Shown here: positions 50,996-62,866 of the stretch, piece by piece
Position numbering within the stretch: position 1 is the stretch's first letter
Layout of the letters: the number at the start of each line of letters is the position of its first letter
From: Anolis carolinensis
Lineage: Eukaryota
DNA length: 64,000 nucleotides
Reading direction: 5' to 3'
Assembly (NCBI RefSeq): GCF_035594765.1
Contig: NC_085841.1
Location: 342,311,402 to 342,375,401 of the forward strand
Position numbers and translations under genes: made by a program
The notes under the pieces: model-generated
The model's database searches: none
What the model was told of the DNA's origin: nothing
The model's input: only the letters and a program-made list of their open reading frames with translations

Positions 50996-52036
50996 ATGGC
51001 CTCCTCATCGGCCGACAGTGAGGTGAAGACCCTCCTCAACTTTGTCAACTTGGCCTCCAGCGACATCAAAGCTGCCTTGGACAAGTCAGCTCCTTGCCGC
51101 CGCTCCGTTGATCACAGGAAATACTTGCAAAAGCAGCTCAAGCGCTTCTCCCAGAAATATGCCCGCCTGCCAAGGTGCCATCATCACCATCATCCCCACC
51201 ATATGCAGCAGCCGTCATCTCTGAGGGAGCGAAAGGCAGAGCTTGAGGGGAAAAGCAGGGGCCTCAACACCTCTGAGTCACCTGAGGCCTCTGAGGGGCG
51301 AGTTGCTGTAGTTGCCACCACCTCGGCCTCCATCTTGGCCCAAAGCGACAAAGCTTGCAAGGCTGACCACGAGCGACAGCAGCAACAGGGCACCTCAGAG
51401 GCGCTTGCTAGGCCAGACCAAGTGCCCATGAGGAAAAGACAGTTGCCCGCTTCTTTTTGGGAAGAGCCCAGGCCTACTCAGGGCCCGCTCAGCCTCTTCG
51501 CTTCATCGCCATTATCTTCCTCAAAGGACTTGTTGCCTCTTTATGAAGGAAAGAAAAGCCTCAAAGGCCCTGATGGATTTGCTTCCTTGAAGAACTTGGT
51601 GCCTCTTTATGAGGGAAAGAAAAGCCACAAAGGTCCTGACAGGTTCATTTCGTCGAAGGACTTGCCACCTCTTTATGAGGGAAAGAAACGCCAGAAAGGC
51701 TCTGACGGAGGAACCTCCGAGAGGCCGGACGCAGAGGCCCTTCAGGTGCTGAGCACCTGGGGATGCTGGCCATTTCAGTGCCATGGACCACAAACCTCCC
51801 CAGGCCTCTACGTGCCACCACTGCCTCTAGCTGCCGCTCTCCCTTCTCCGGCGGCTCCTTTCCCAGCCTTGGGTCTGTGGAGGAAAAATGGGGGTTCCTC
51901 GATGGAAGGAGAGGCCTTCGGCAAACTGGGAGGAATGGGGCAAAAAGTGTACCACCGGCCGGTGGTGTGGAAGCCCATCCCCACCAAACCCGCAGCACCT
52001 CCAGCCACCCTCTTCAGTGTCTTTGGGTATATTTAG
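50996..52036 (+). CDS. FAM181A: Protein FAM181A (346 aa, single coding exon)
   Basis: N-terminal VKTLLNFVNLASSDIKAALDKSAPCRRSVDHRKYLQKQLKRFSQKY, central VPMRKRQLPASFWEEP and C-terminal RPVVWKPIPTKP..FSVFGYI match FAM181A as I recall it. Adjacent to ASB2 as in human. Confidence 0.96.
   Translation: MASSSADSEVKTLLNFVNLASSDIKAALDKSAPCRRSVDHRKYLQKQLKRFSQKYARLPRCHHHHHPHHMQQPSSLRERKAELEGKSRGLNTSESPEASEGRVAVVATTSASILAQSDKACKADHERQQQQGTSEALARPDQVPMRKRQLPASFWEEPRPTQGPLSLFASSPLSSSKDLLPLYEGKKSLKGPDGFASLKNLVPLYEGKKSHKGPDRFISSKDLPPLYEGKKRQKGSDGGTSERPDAEALQVLSTWGCWPFQCHGPQTSPGLYVPPLPLAAALPSPAAPFPALGLWRKNGGSSMEGEAFGKLGGMGQKVYHRPVVWKPIPTKPAAPPATLFSVFGYI
51515..51712 (+). repeat. FAM181A: In-frame coding tandem repeat, 3 x 66 bp (22 aa)
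   Basis: Units start at 51515, 51581 and 51647: SSSKDLLPLYEGKKSLKGPDGF / ASLKNLVPLYEGKKSHKGPDRF / ISSKDLPPLYEGKKRQKGSDGG. Confidence 0.93.
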
Positions 52037-52179
52037 GGCAAGACTGCTTTCCCACCATTTTCCAGGGCTTTGCCTCATTCTGGGAAGGAGGGAGCTAAAC
52101 AGAGATATATAGTTCAGAGGTACAGCTACTGTGGAATTAATGCAATTTTATGCCACTTTAACTGTCAAGACTCAGTGTA

Positions 52180-52770
52180 TCTGGAGAAGGGCCACCAAAT
52201 GACCAAATTTACCCCAGTCTAGAATGTGGGAAGTCATAGTCCCAATCTATTCTGCTTTGGTCAGTTTTCACCTGGAATAATACTGTGTTCAGTTCTAGGC
52301 ACTGCAATTCAAGAAGGATATTGACAAGGTGGAAGGTGTCCAGAGAAGGATGAACCAAATGATCAAAGACTTGGAAGCAAAACTCTATGAGGAACTGCTG
52401 AGGGAGCTGGGTATGTTTAGCTTGGAAAAAAGAAGGCTGATAACCATGTTCAAATGTTTGAAAGGATGTCACATTGAGGAGGGGTCAAGCCTGTTTTCTG
52501 CTGCTCTGGAGTCTAGGACATGGAACAATAGATTCAAATTGCAGGAAAAGTTATTCTACCTAAACATTAGGAAGAACTTCTGATGGTTTGAGCTATTAGG
52601 CAGTATAACATGCTGCTTCAAAGTGTGGTTAGGTCCCCTTCTCTTGAGGGGTTTAAGCAGAATTTGGATGGCCATCTGTCAAGGAGGCTTTGATTGCGTG
52701 TTCCTGCATGACAGAGAGTGGGACTGGATGGCCCTTGGGGTCTCTTCCAGCTCTATGATTCTGTGATTCA
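52180..52770 (+). mobile_element. CR1 LINE 3' fragment just downstream of the FAM181A stop
   Basis: ORF 52329-52583 (EGVQRRMNQMIKDLE..LRELGMFSLEKRRL) is CR1 RT C-terminus. Tail CTATGATTCTGTGATTC. Confidence 0.88.
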
Positions 52771-53353
52771 ATGCTATTGGTGTCAAGTGCTATTGGTAAT
52801 GTTAGTTGTAGTTTGGAGAGGCACCAGAGAAAAGATTAAAGACCTCATTAAACTACAACACCTATGATTTCATAGTATTGAGCAGTTAAAGTGGTGTAAT
52901 ACTGCATTCATTCTACTGTGTAGATGTCCCCCTTTGTTTCTTTTTCCTTCCCTGCAGTGAGTCCAGGAAAAAAAAGGAGGGAAGCTACATTCTAGGGAAG
53001 ATCTTCCATTTCAACTACAAAGCCACGCAGCTCACTTTGGGTCAATCATCTTCCCCCGGGGAATTATACAATTTGACTCCACTTTAATTGCCATGATTCA
53101 ATCCTTTGTGTTAATGGAGTTTGTAGTTTGGTGAGGCACCAGTACTCTTTGGCAGAGAAGGCCTAAGACCTGGCAAAACTACAACTCCCAGGATTCCATA
53201 ATATTGAGCCAGGGCAGTTAAAGTGGACCAAACTGCATTCATTCTACAGTAGATGCATCTCATCAATTTCATATTGCTGTTGTGAGGAGAAATATGCGGA
53301 GGAGCGTAATTTGAAGCAAGGTCAGCACAGTTTTGTTCTTCAGTGTATTAATA

Positions 53354-53941
53354 CAGGTTAGGTATCCCTTATCTGTAATGCTTTGGATCAAAAGTGTTTT
53401 CGATTTTTATTTCGGGTTTTGGAATGTCTATATTTCCATATGCAGCCAGCCCCACACATTTACTGGGGTTACGAAACAAGATCCTTGTGAAAGTGAAAAA
53501 ACAAAAAATAAAAATACATTTTTTAAACCTAAGAGAACATCTCTCTGGGAATCTCTAGGTTTTCTAGCATTACTTTTGCATAGCGTCGCAGTGAAGGTAT
53601 TTATGGATTTAAACCAAATCTGTAAATAACTAAGTCTGTGAACAATTAAAAGTCAAAACTGCAAATGTGTAGGGAGAACAGTATATACCTAGTGAAATAT
53701 CTTGGAAATGGGACCGAAGTCCAAACACAAAATTCATGTATGGTTCATGTGCACTTTATGTGCACATAGCCTAAAGGTACTTTTATACAATGTTTTAAAA
53801 TAACAATGTGCACGAAACAAAATTTGTGTACATTGAACCATCAGAAAGCAAAGGTGTCACTTTCTCAGCCTCCTAGGATGACAATTTTGGATCTTGGAGT
53901 GTTTTGAATTTTAGAATTCTGGATAAGGGATGCTCAGCCTG
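53354..53941. mobile_element. Tigger-like MITE with a nested ~240-bp element (~53443-53683)
   Basis: TA|CAGGTTAGGTATCCCTTATC ... GATAAGGGATGCTCAGCCTG|TA. Confidence 0.75.
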
Positions 53942-54151
53942 TAATAAAAATAAGCAGTCTGCACTGAGAGTGGAACACATCTGCCTGTGTTGGCAAAGGA
54001 TTCATTCATAACATATCATGATGACCATGAAGTTCTGCCATAAGACGTTTTTCTTCGCTTGCACAATTGTTGAAAGCCTGCAAGACGTACTTCTGTAAAC
54101 AAGAACTTGGTTCTTTCTGGCATGTAAATAATGTTGAAACAAACAAACAAA

Positions 54152-54157
54152 AATAAA
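54152..54157 (+). terminator. Candidate FAM181A polyadenylation signal
   Basis: AATAAA followed by U/GU-rich sequence in TE-free DNA. Other AATAAA hexamers lie nearer the stop, in or next to TEs. Confidence 0.3.
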
Positions 54158-54606
54158 GTTGTTTTCTTTGAGTCTTTGTTGCATGAATGCTTTCAAGTGG
54201 AAAAGTACATTCCTGTCATCAAAGAAAGAGATGGGAACTGTTTGACTACATCTACGAGAGCGGAGTAATTGTTCTTCAATCTGTGAGTAGATTGCCCTAT
54301 CTCAATGAGTCCTATAACAAGATTGTACTTGGTAATTTTGTATTTTGTGAATTACTTGTCATTTTGAAGCAAAAATATGAAATTTAATGCAGTGCTACTT
54401 AGAGAGATGGTCAGTCCCTGCATCTGTATTTATCAATGAAATATTGATTTCTAGGGGAAAAGATTTCTAGTTGTCAACAGGCACAAATATGGTACTGTGC
54501 TCATTGGAGGAAATTCATTGCCAGTCCCTCATATCAGAGATCCGAGACGCATTACAATGCATAAGGTGATCATTATAGGAACACAAAACATATCTATTTG
54601 TTATAC

Positions 54607-54941
54607 TAGGTGTTTCAAAATGATGGACCCAAAGCAGTATATTTCATGATGGCAATATGTTAGAATCACACAAAAGGTTACAAATGAGTTATCAAGTTAT
54701 CCAGTTTTACTAACTAATTTGTGTCAGAAAAAAATCTAACCCCGCATTAGGTCTTAGGTTGCAGGGTCATCATTTTAACTAAGCTTAGGGGCTGTTTGTG
54801 TGCTGGGAGAGGCATCTAGCAATAATCATGTGAAACTCTATGCCCCACACTTTCAAGGGATAGGAGTTTTTATTCATTGGTGTTTCATGCCTGCAGGTAT
54901 ATAGTAATTTTGAATCAAGTCCATCTTTTTGAAACACCGTG
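54607..54941. mobile_element. Mariner-like MITE
   Basis: TIR GGTGTTTCAAAATGATGGAC / GTCCATCTTTTTGAAACACC, flanked by TA. Confidence 0.65.
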
Positions 54942-55332
54942 TATATGTGTGGGTGGCAAGCTGAATTATTACACTCTCTCCCCAGACTAGTACATGTTTT
55001 TGGAAATTCATGTTTGTCACTGTGAAAAAGGCATATACTAAAGTTATATCACATTCACATTATAGAGATATGACATGTTTTATATAAATAAAATGTTTTG
55101 ATACCAGTGTGAGAAATATCCCTGCTTGTTGAGACTACTAGGTGCTGCCAAGCAGGGCTGAGAATATTGTGGGAGGTAACCAATAAATCTGCTTTATCAA
55201 TTATCTTTTTGGAAAAACAAGGATGTAAAAAGAACAATTTGTGTAATGTTCCACAGATAAAGAAACACATGCTGTTATGAAGTGCTGTACGCAGTAGATG
55301 AAGAGGACAAAAGTTGGCACTTAATCAAGGAG

Positions 55333-55462
55333 TGATTTCCAAACTCTAGTTCTCCAGGTGTTTTGGACTTCAACTCTGAGAAGTGTCAGCAGCTTTGGCC
55401 AATGATCAGAAATTCTGGGAGCTGAAATCCAAAACATCTGGAATACTAGAGTTTAGGAAACT
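55333..55462. mobile_element. hAT-like palindromic MITE
   Basis: TTTCCAAACTCTAGT / ACTAGAGTTTAGGAAA arms; core shared with the 30611 family. Confidence 0.65.
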
Positions 55463-57326
55463 TATTAAAGTAAGTGTTTGAAAACATTATTAAGGTATTG
55501 AAAAATAAATTAGAGATATTCAATAACATTGATAGGTTAAATAATAAGAACCCAGATTTTATCAAAAGTAGACTGTCCTGAAAAGATGAAAAGACACTAG
55601 ACAGATCGAATCACTGAATCATACAGTTGGAAGAGACCACCTTCTAAACTATGGATATCTTAATTGATATTTTAAAGGTTGCTGTGGAGCCTCCTTGTTC
55701 AGGGGCAATATGCATTGAATGTCAGTTACTGAGACAAAACATCCACAGAACTGTTGCCTTCTTGTCTTGTTTGATGGCTTTCCGAGACATTTGTTTCCAG
55801 AAACATTTGGCTGGCCACTGTGCGAAACAGGATATTGACCAAATAGTCTGATCTAGCTTTTCTTATATTTTCAATGCTGAAAAAGCACTAGAAGACTCGA
55901 AAAGCATTTTGTTCTTCTGCGCCATGCAATCCACTTCTGGGTTGTTTTAAGGTAGAATGAGATAAAGAGAAATGCAATTCTTTCTGCAGTGCTTATTGTG
56001 ATTTACAATGGCTTAAATATTTCCAGTCTAAACATATTTGAGTTCCTATTGTAGTAAACATTCAGAAGGCTTATTCTAGTTATATTATTGCAATATTTCT
56101 TTTTAAAAATACTCATGTGACAATTTTACTCAAATTTAATGCAAACAATAAACCCTAAAATATAATACTTTTATCAATATTGCACACACACACACACATC
56201 CTTTCCTGTGATCAAGTACAATCATTAGAAAAAGCTGTAACAAAACCAAAGCTTCAAAAGTGCCTCATTACATTAAATGGATTGTACACACACATATGAA
56301 ATTAAAAAATCAACCAGAATGCTAAAATAATATGGAAAAAATAGAATATTCCTTGAATAACTGATACAGGATAATAAGAAATTTTCTAGCATCATCATCT
56401 GTTAATCTATGCCTGCACGCCATATAATGGGGCTGCTGGACTTGTAATAAACAGTTCCTAACAGTTCCATATTTCAAATTTACAACCAGTTTTATACAGA
56501 TGCATTGACTATTTATAAAACAACAGTTTATACAGATTTGGTATAACTGGTGAAATAATTTTGTAAAAACTCAAGTTTCCTAGAAAATCACTGGAGCAAT
56601 AGAAGGCCATATACTCATTACAGTGCTTGTTTTCCCCCAGAGCAGACTGCTTTGTGGAGATATGAGTTTTACATATACAATTGTACATATATAATGCATT
56701 GCTCAAGCAGTCTTGTTTTTCCTAATCCAGTAACTTTTTGCAAAGGAGATCCAAATGATCTATGCATGAAAATATTTCTTTACGTATAATTAAATTACTA
56801 GGATGAAGAAATGTGTGAGAGGTAGCATGCGCTATGTGCAAATAAATGTAAACCAACTGTATAGGAAGGATGGCAGCTTCAAGTTAAAGCTCTATTGCCC
56901 AGGGAACTTTTCAGCGGACCATTTCTTCTTCTCTTTATGTACATAATCTCTTGAGGGTTGTGTTATGTTTTTTCTGCAGAGCAGATTGAGCACCTAATTG
57001 ATGTTGTTCATAGTTTATGGACATATGAATATGCTGCATGGAAAATGGAAAAAAAAGTTACAAAATCCTTTTCCATGCTGTTTTTCCTTCAAAGTTTTCA
57101 AGAAAAGAAAAGTAATTCTGTCCGTTTAGAAAATCCTGTTCCAAGTTCTATATAATGTGAGCCATGAATAGTATAATTCCATTCACAATCAGAACATTTT
57201 CCCCACAAAATAAGTTTAGTGTAAACTTGCAACCTTGAAAATTTTCTGTAATATTTTATTTCACCAAACAGCAAAAACTGCTCTGTTACTTATTATATTC
57301 CAGCTCTACGTTGCAATGTTTAAAGT

Positions 57327-57504
57327 GTTGTCAAAGGCTTTCATGGCCGGAATAACAGGGTTGTTGTGAGTTTTCCAGGCTGTATGGCCATGTTCCAGAA
57401 GCATTCTCTCCTGATGTTTCACCCACATCTATGGCAGGCATCCTTTGAGGACAGAATGCTTCTGGAACATGACCATATAGCCTGGAAAACTCACAAAACC
57501 CCCA
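57327..57504 (-). mobile_element. Penelope-like pseudo-LTR end with inverted segment; hammerhead core mutated
   Basis: Reverse complement of the 3111 family. TSD CAATGTT(T/G)AAAGT at 57314-57326 and 57505-57517. The minus strand reads CAAAGGA..GAAACATC instead of CTGAGGA..GAAACGTC. Confidence 0.8.
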
Positions 57505-59267
57505 CAATGTTGAAAGTTTAGAGACCTTTATACAAAAGATATCTTACTATGTGTGCATCTCCACCGGACATTGCTGAGATGTATATGATGAACTGTATTG
57601 GTTTGCTTGGTTCTATTTGGGAAGTTGATTTTAGAGTCAGGGTAATTGCTATTGTCACTTTTCTAAAACAAACAAAACCTTGCCAACGCTCAATCTACAT
57701 AAGGCAACTTTTATGTACATCAAAGATCTATTAGCCAATATATATTATAATGAGAGTAGGAAAGACATAAAACATCAAATGGAAATGTTCAACATGAACA
57801 GTATATCAATCAGTTTTAACCACAGGCCTCGCTAAAAATAAATTTGGCATCAGTGACTTTGTGTGGAGTCACTATTAGCTCATTTAAATGCATCCCAATG
57901 AAACTATGGTTTCATTTTTGAGTAATTTTACTATTATTTAGCCACTATTTAGCACATATAAACTGTACATTGGTTGAATTATTTAGGCATCATTTCAATT
58001 ACTTCTAAGGATTTCAAACTCAAAATCAAATTAAGATAAACTACTTGATCAGAAGCTAGACTACTGTTTGCTGACAGTTGTGCAAAAGCACACTACCCAA
58101 TTTCCAGCAACAACAGCTCTATACATTTTGTGTGACGTCTTCCTGAAGCAATGGAGAACCGGAATCTACTCTTTCCTCCACTACTGATAGAATAGGATTA
58201 AACACCATTGGCTTCAGCATTATCAGGATCGCATGGAAATCCGTGCTAGTACAGTTGCATTGAATTACATCTTTGGTAAGCAGTTGTGCAAATGTTTGTG
58301 CAACCATTTTACACAAGTTCCTGGACAATTAAAAACCGTACTGGAATTAATCCTTGTGCTAATCTGAAAATGCACCACCTCTAGCTCAATGGACTTTGTT
58401 AACATGACAAAATGGGCCAATAATTCTTTACAGCACCAACTCTTTAACATATGAGTTATGTGGGAGCAAGAACAAAAGTTGTTAAAGGCCCAGGATGTTG
58501 TTCATTGAGAATATCAACATCATGAGAAAGATCAGCTAAAGTAGAAGAAAAAAAGTAAATGAGACAAAAATAGCTAGAAAGTTGTATCACACTACTGTGA
58601 AAACTGTGTTAAATTCATCTTCACCCATTCAACTATTGTGGGCTTTATTGTATTTTAGATCTTTGCTTGAGATCAAGATGATTTTGGATATGCAACCATT
58701 CATAAAATATATCTCTCAACTATGTGAGTATTTCTGCTTACCCCAGATGGCAGCCAGTCAAACAGACCAACATAACGTGTGAACTATCAGACTGCAAACA
58801 GGACTGGCAGCCAATCTTGTGAATGCTGCAAGTGGAGAGGAAGAGAAATGTCACTGTGAAAATGAAACAGTATAATCATTGGGCTCACATGCTAAATTTA
58901 TCTGTGTGAGTGCATATTTGGAGATAATTGTGATTGCCTTTGTGAACTTTTCCCATGTGCTCTTTCACTTTCTCCTCCTTGCACAATATAATACTGATGT
59001 GGCCACCAACTCCAAGTGAATTTCTCTGAAAAACAGCATACAAACTCTTTGGCCATTTGCTCCTGGAATCCTTTAACCTGACTTTTCTCACCAGTTATCC
59101 ATACATTTAACACTGTTGGATCAGATCATTCTGTGCAAACATCCTTTCCCCCCCTTACAAGGCAAAGCAAAATCTTGCTTTCAATACATCAATCTGACTC
59201 CATCATGTGACTGTGTTTTGCCATACATATACTTCTTCTTGCAACTGATTGTCAGGTGTATCTGAGG

Positions 59268-59404
59268 TCACTGACGATTATCATATTGTAAATAACGAAT
59301 TAATCTTCCTGGGAGAGGCAAGGAGTCAATAAGAGAAATACGGTTTTTCCCAATCAAACTTCTAATTTTGATGCGGCAGAGGTGAACAAGTGGCCTCGGT
59401 GGTT
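59268..59404 (-). CDS. ASB2: ASB2 (ankyrin repeat and SOCS box protein 2), last coding exon (SOCS box)
   Basis: Acceptor TTTTTTTGTTTTCCAG|AA; encodes (E)PPRPLVHLCRIKIRSLIGKNRISLIDSLPLPGRLIRYLQYDNRQ*, a SOCS box matching the ASB2 C-terminus. Phase 1 fits the upstream exon. Confidence 0.93.
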
Positions 59405-59779
59405 CTGGAAAACAAAAAAATAGGCTCAGATAAGTAAAATAATTGTTATACATTTGTTTTAAAATCAGTTTTGGCCTGAAGTTTCCAACATTGTTTCTTT
59501 AAACATTTCTATACAATCATTAAAATATTATGTTGCTACAAACTGAGTTCATTTTAAAGTTTTTACACCATCAAACAATAAAAAAATCAAGGTAGGTCAC
59601 AGAGACAACACTAACAATATAACACTAAAACAATAATAATTACCAAGGAATTAAAAAAGTGGTATTAACATCATCATCCAGTTTGGCTCATCAGATTCTT
59701 GTTTGAATTATTAACAGGATAAAATATGAATGAGATCCAAATATCTGTTCATAACTATTTCACTTCTCCCTTTGTATAG

Positions 59780-59784
59780 TAATA

Positions 59785-59836
<52 letters not shown>
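59780..59836. repeat. (TAA)n microsatellite; also resumes at ~60102-60125 beyond the SINE
   Basis: Direct reading of the sequence. Confidence 0.9.
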
Positions 59837-59837
<1 letters not shown>

Positions 59838-60101
59838 TTTTTCGTGTCAGGAGCAACTTGAGTCGCTTCTGGAGTGAGAGAATTGGCCGTCTGCAAGGAC
59901 GTTGCCCAGGGAATGCCCAGATGTTTTGATGTTTTTACCATCCTTGTGGGAGGCTTCTCTCATGTCCCCGCATGGAGCTGGAGCTGATAGAGGGAGCTCA
60001 TCCGCGCTCTCACCAGGTGGGATTCGAACCTGGCAGCTTTCAGGTCAGCAACCCAACCTTCAAGTCATGAGGCTTTAGTCTACTACACCATCGGGGACTC
60101 C
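59837..60101 (-). mobile_element. tRNA-derived SINE (Anolis SINE2-like) in ASB2 last intron
   Basis: Reverse complement of 38801-39064, flanked by (TAA)n. Confidence 0.9.
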
Positions 60102-60813
60102 AATAATAATAATAATAACAATAATTTTATTCTTGTACCCTGCCTCCATCTCCCGAAGGGACTCGGGGAGGCTTACATAAGAAAAACAATCCATACATTT
60201 AAAACACAATATAATAACATAGTTATAAAACAACATAACATGACAATTATTAAAACCAAGACAAATTGCTATGTACAGAGGGTGATTAGTGCAAAACTCT
60301 GAGTAAAGTCCATAGTGAGCAAGAATCCTAACCAATTGTTAAGCATTGTGTCCCATTACAACTGAGCTATGGTTAATGGCTTCCAAATAAGCTAGGCTAT
60401 GGAAGCCAACCTTAAACCACAAATACTATAACCCTAATTCCCTACTTGGTTTACTATGGAATGTTAATTTTAAAAATGTGTTAGATACAGGGATTAGGAC
60501 TAAACACAAAGTGTCTCTTGTCATCATAAATCCCCTTTGGTCAGAAGAGTCCTTATATCAGGTTAGCTTAAAGAACTGTTGATGGAGCAACTAGTCATCA
60601 GATCTATTCTGATTACTAGAGTTTGTCAGCATAAGACCTATGAAAGGAGTGGAGTGAGGGTGGAACAATACTACATCAGATCTAAACTTCCTCCATCTCA
60701 GCAACAGCCACAATGTGAATAATATAGAGGACTCTACTTGGAGCCAGTGGGACAAGTTTCCAATGAATAGTAATGGTAATGTCAGTTATAATATGATGTA
60801 GAACCACACCAAC

Positions 60814-60967
60814 CTGCTTTGATTTTAATGTTAGACCATCCTTCATAACTGTCGATATGCTCCTTCAGCCTGGAACAAAGTTGCACGTTGCCCACGTAAT
60901 CTAAAAGAACATCAATAATTGGTCCTGCCCAACGACTTATCTCTGGAGCTGAAACCATTTCACAAAA
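60814..60967 (-). CDS. ASB2: ASB2 penultimate coding exon (154 bp; not in the ORF track)
   Basis: TTTTTCTCCCCAG| FCEMVSAPEISRWAGPIIDVLLDYVGNVQLCSRLKEHIDSYEGWSNIKIKA +G |GTTGGT. Matches the ASB2 pre-SOCS segment; G+AA gives Glu across the junction. Confidence 0.93.
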
Positions 60968-61412
60968 CTGGGGAGAAAAAATATATATGATTGAATGAAT
61001 TAAAATACATAAACTACTCTCATATCAGTGATCTTTGAGAAGTTGAAACAAAATATGGAAATAATAAAAAACAAATACATTAATAAAGCCTGCAGGCCAT
61101 AAAACTTCAGCAGGCACATAAGAGAAGAAACTGCTTACTTAAATGAAAAGTGCATATAGACGAATTCATAGTGCAAGTGATCATATGATAACTTGCGCAT
61201 ATATGGGGAAGACATAGTAAAAAGAGTACAAATTACAAATTACTACCTTACTATACATACTAGATGCTATTTGCCAATTTCTAAACTTTCAGACACACTC
61301 CCGGCCCGGTATTCTGAAAAACATCTGAGAGAATATCACATTTACAATTGTGTAATGAATTATAAAAATTATTAAAATTGCAACATTAGAGATCTCATAG
61401 TTTTGTATTTCA

Positions 61413-61414
<2 letters not shown>

Positions 61415-61505
<91 letters not shown>
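61415..61505. repeat. (CT)n(AT)n microsatellite
   Basis: Direct reading of the sequence. Confidence 0.95.
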
Positions 61506-61507
<2 letters not shown>

Positions 61508-62374
61508 CGGGATATCTAAAAGTAAGCATGATTGCTTGATTTTACACTAGTTTGTGCCAGGTTTCAGTTTAAACTTTAATGAGCTACCCAAGTGCTGAAA
61601 TTAGCCCACAAATAGGTGCAATACTTTGAATAGTTCTTTGGTATTTCAGACTGAAACCAAGAGCCACCAGCTGTCCTTGTTTTTGGGATGGGAAATTATA
61701 TTTCAAAGTTGAGTTCCAAAGGTTGAAGCACCAATGCTGTTTTCTTGCAATTCCACTTGAGGGAGCTGTACACATTTTTATTTGGGAAGTATTGATTTAT
61801 GGGGATACATTTGTGACCAGATGGGGAACAGTTTTCTGGGGAAATGAATGGGAATCTCTTTATATTACATATTATTACATATTACACATTACATAATATT
61901 ACTGTTATGGCAGTGGAAACTACTGTTATTTACTCATGTTCATAGTAAACTAGGAAATGTTGAATAAACTCAGGTAAGGAAATTAAAAAAGGTCATGACT
62001 GCAGGGAAGTTTTCTTTCTTCAGAAGGTATATGAACCTGGTATATAAGTCAGACATAGAAGCAATGCCCCAAACACTTCTATATATTTTGCAGAAAAAAG
62101 TGACATACAACAGAATTTTTCACAATACCATTTAAGGTTCTGATTATAACCCCATGTAAAACTTGTTAGTGAAGGTAGTTAGAAAGCATATCAGGAACAA
62201 AGTTTTGACCCAGATCACTTCCTAATGTTCTGATTTATTACATATATGGAAGAGAGTTTATAAATAAATGATGTCCCTCCTGTCTGAAAGTTGTATAATC
62301 TAGAATACTATTTCATTGTGTGCTGAAATCTCAGGCTTTGGCTTTTGGCCTGCACCTTCTGTTTTTCATATAGT

Positions 62375-62780
62375 CTAGCTGTGCCCGGCCACACGTTGAA
62401 GTGGCTTATGGGAATCATTTGTTGGCCAGGTGGAATAGCAGTGAATAGCCTTGCAGCCTCAAAGCCTGGCCATTTTCTTCTTATGGGAATCCTTGTTTGG
62501 TGAGCTGGAATACAATGGAATAGGCTTGCTGCTTGGCAGGCTGGGTACTTGCATTCTAGGGGAATGGTTTTTTGGGCTGCTAGAATTGCAATGAATAGTG
62601 TCGCTGCTTCAAAGCCTGACTGCTTGCTATCTAGCGGAATCTTTGGTTGGTCAGCTTCAATATGTTTGAAAGACATAGACTGGATGACTATGGCTTTTGT
62701 GGCCAAATTTGGTGTGATTTGGTTCAGTGTTTTTGCTGTTTACTCCATAGTAAAACAGCACATTACATTTTATATATATA
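62375..62780 (-). mobile_element. Non-autonomous Helitron-like element, copy 1
   Basis: Minus-strand 3' end CTAG (62375-62378) with subterminal GCCAC/GTGGC hairpin. 5' end TATATATATAAAATG. Confidence 0.65.
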
Positions 62781-62866
62781 CTAGCTGTGCCCAGCCACGC
62801 GTTGCTGTGGCGAAGTCTGGTGGTATGGGAAATAAAGTATTGAGGAATTGGTGGTAGTTAAGGTCA

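Noticed and set aside
51521-52112. Overlapping alternative-frame and antisense ORFs within FAM181A
   Set aside because: Expected by-products of a GC-rich coding exon; no recognisable motifs.
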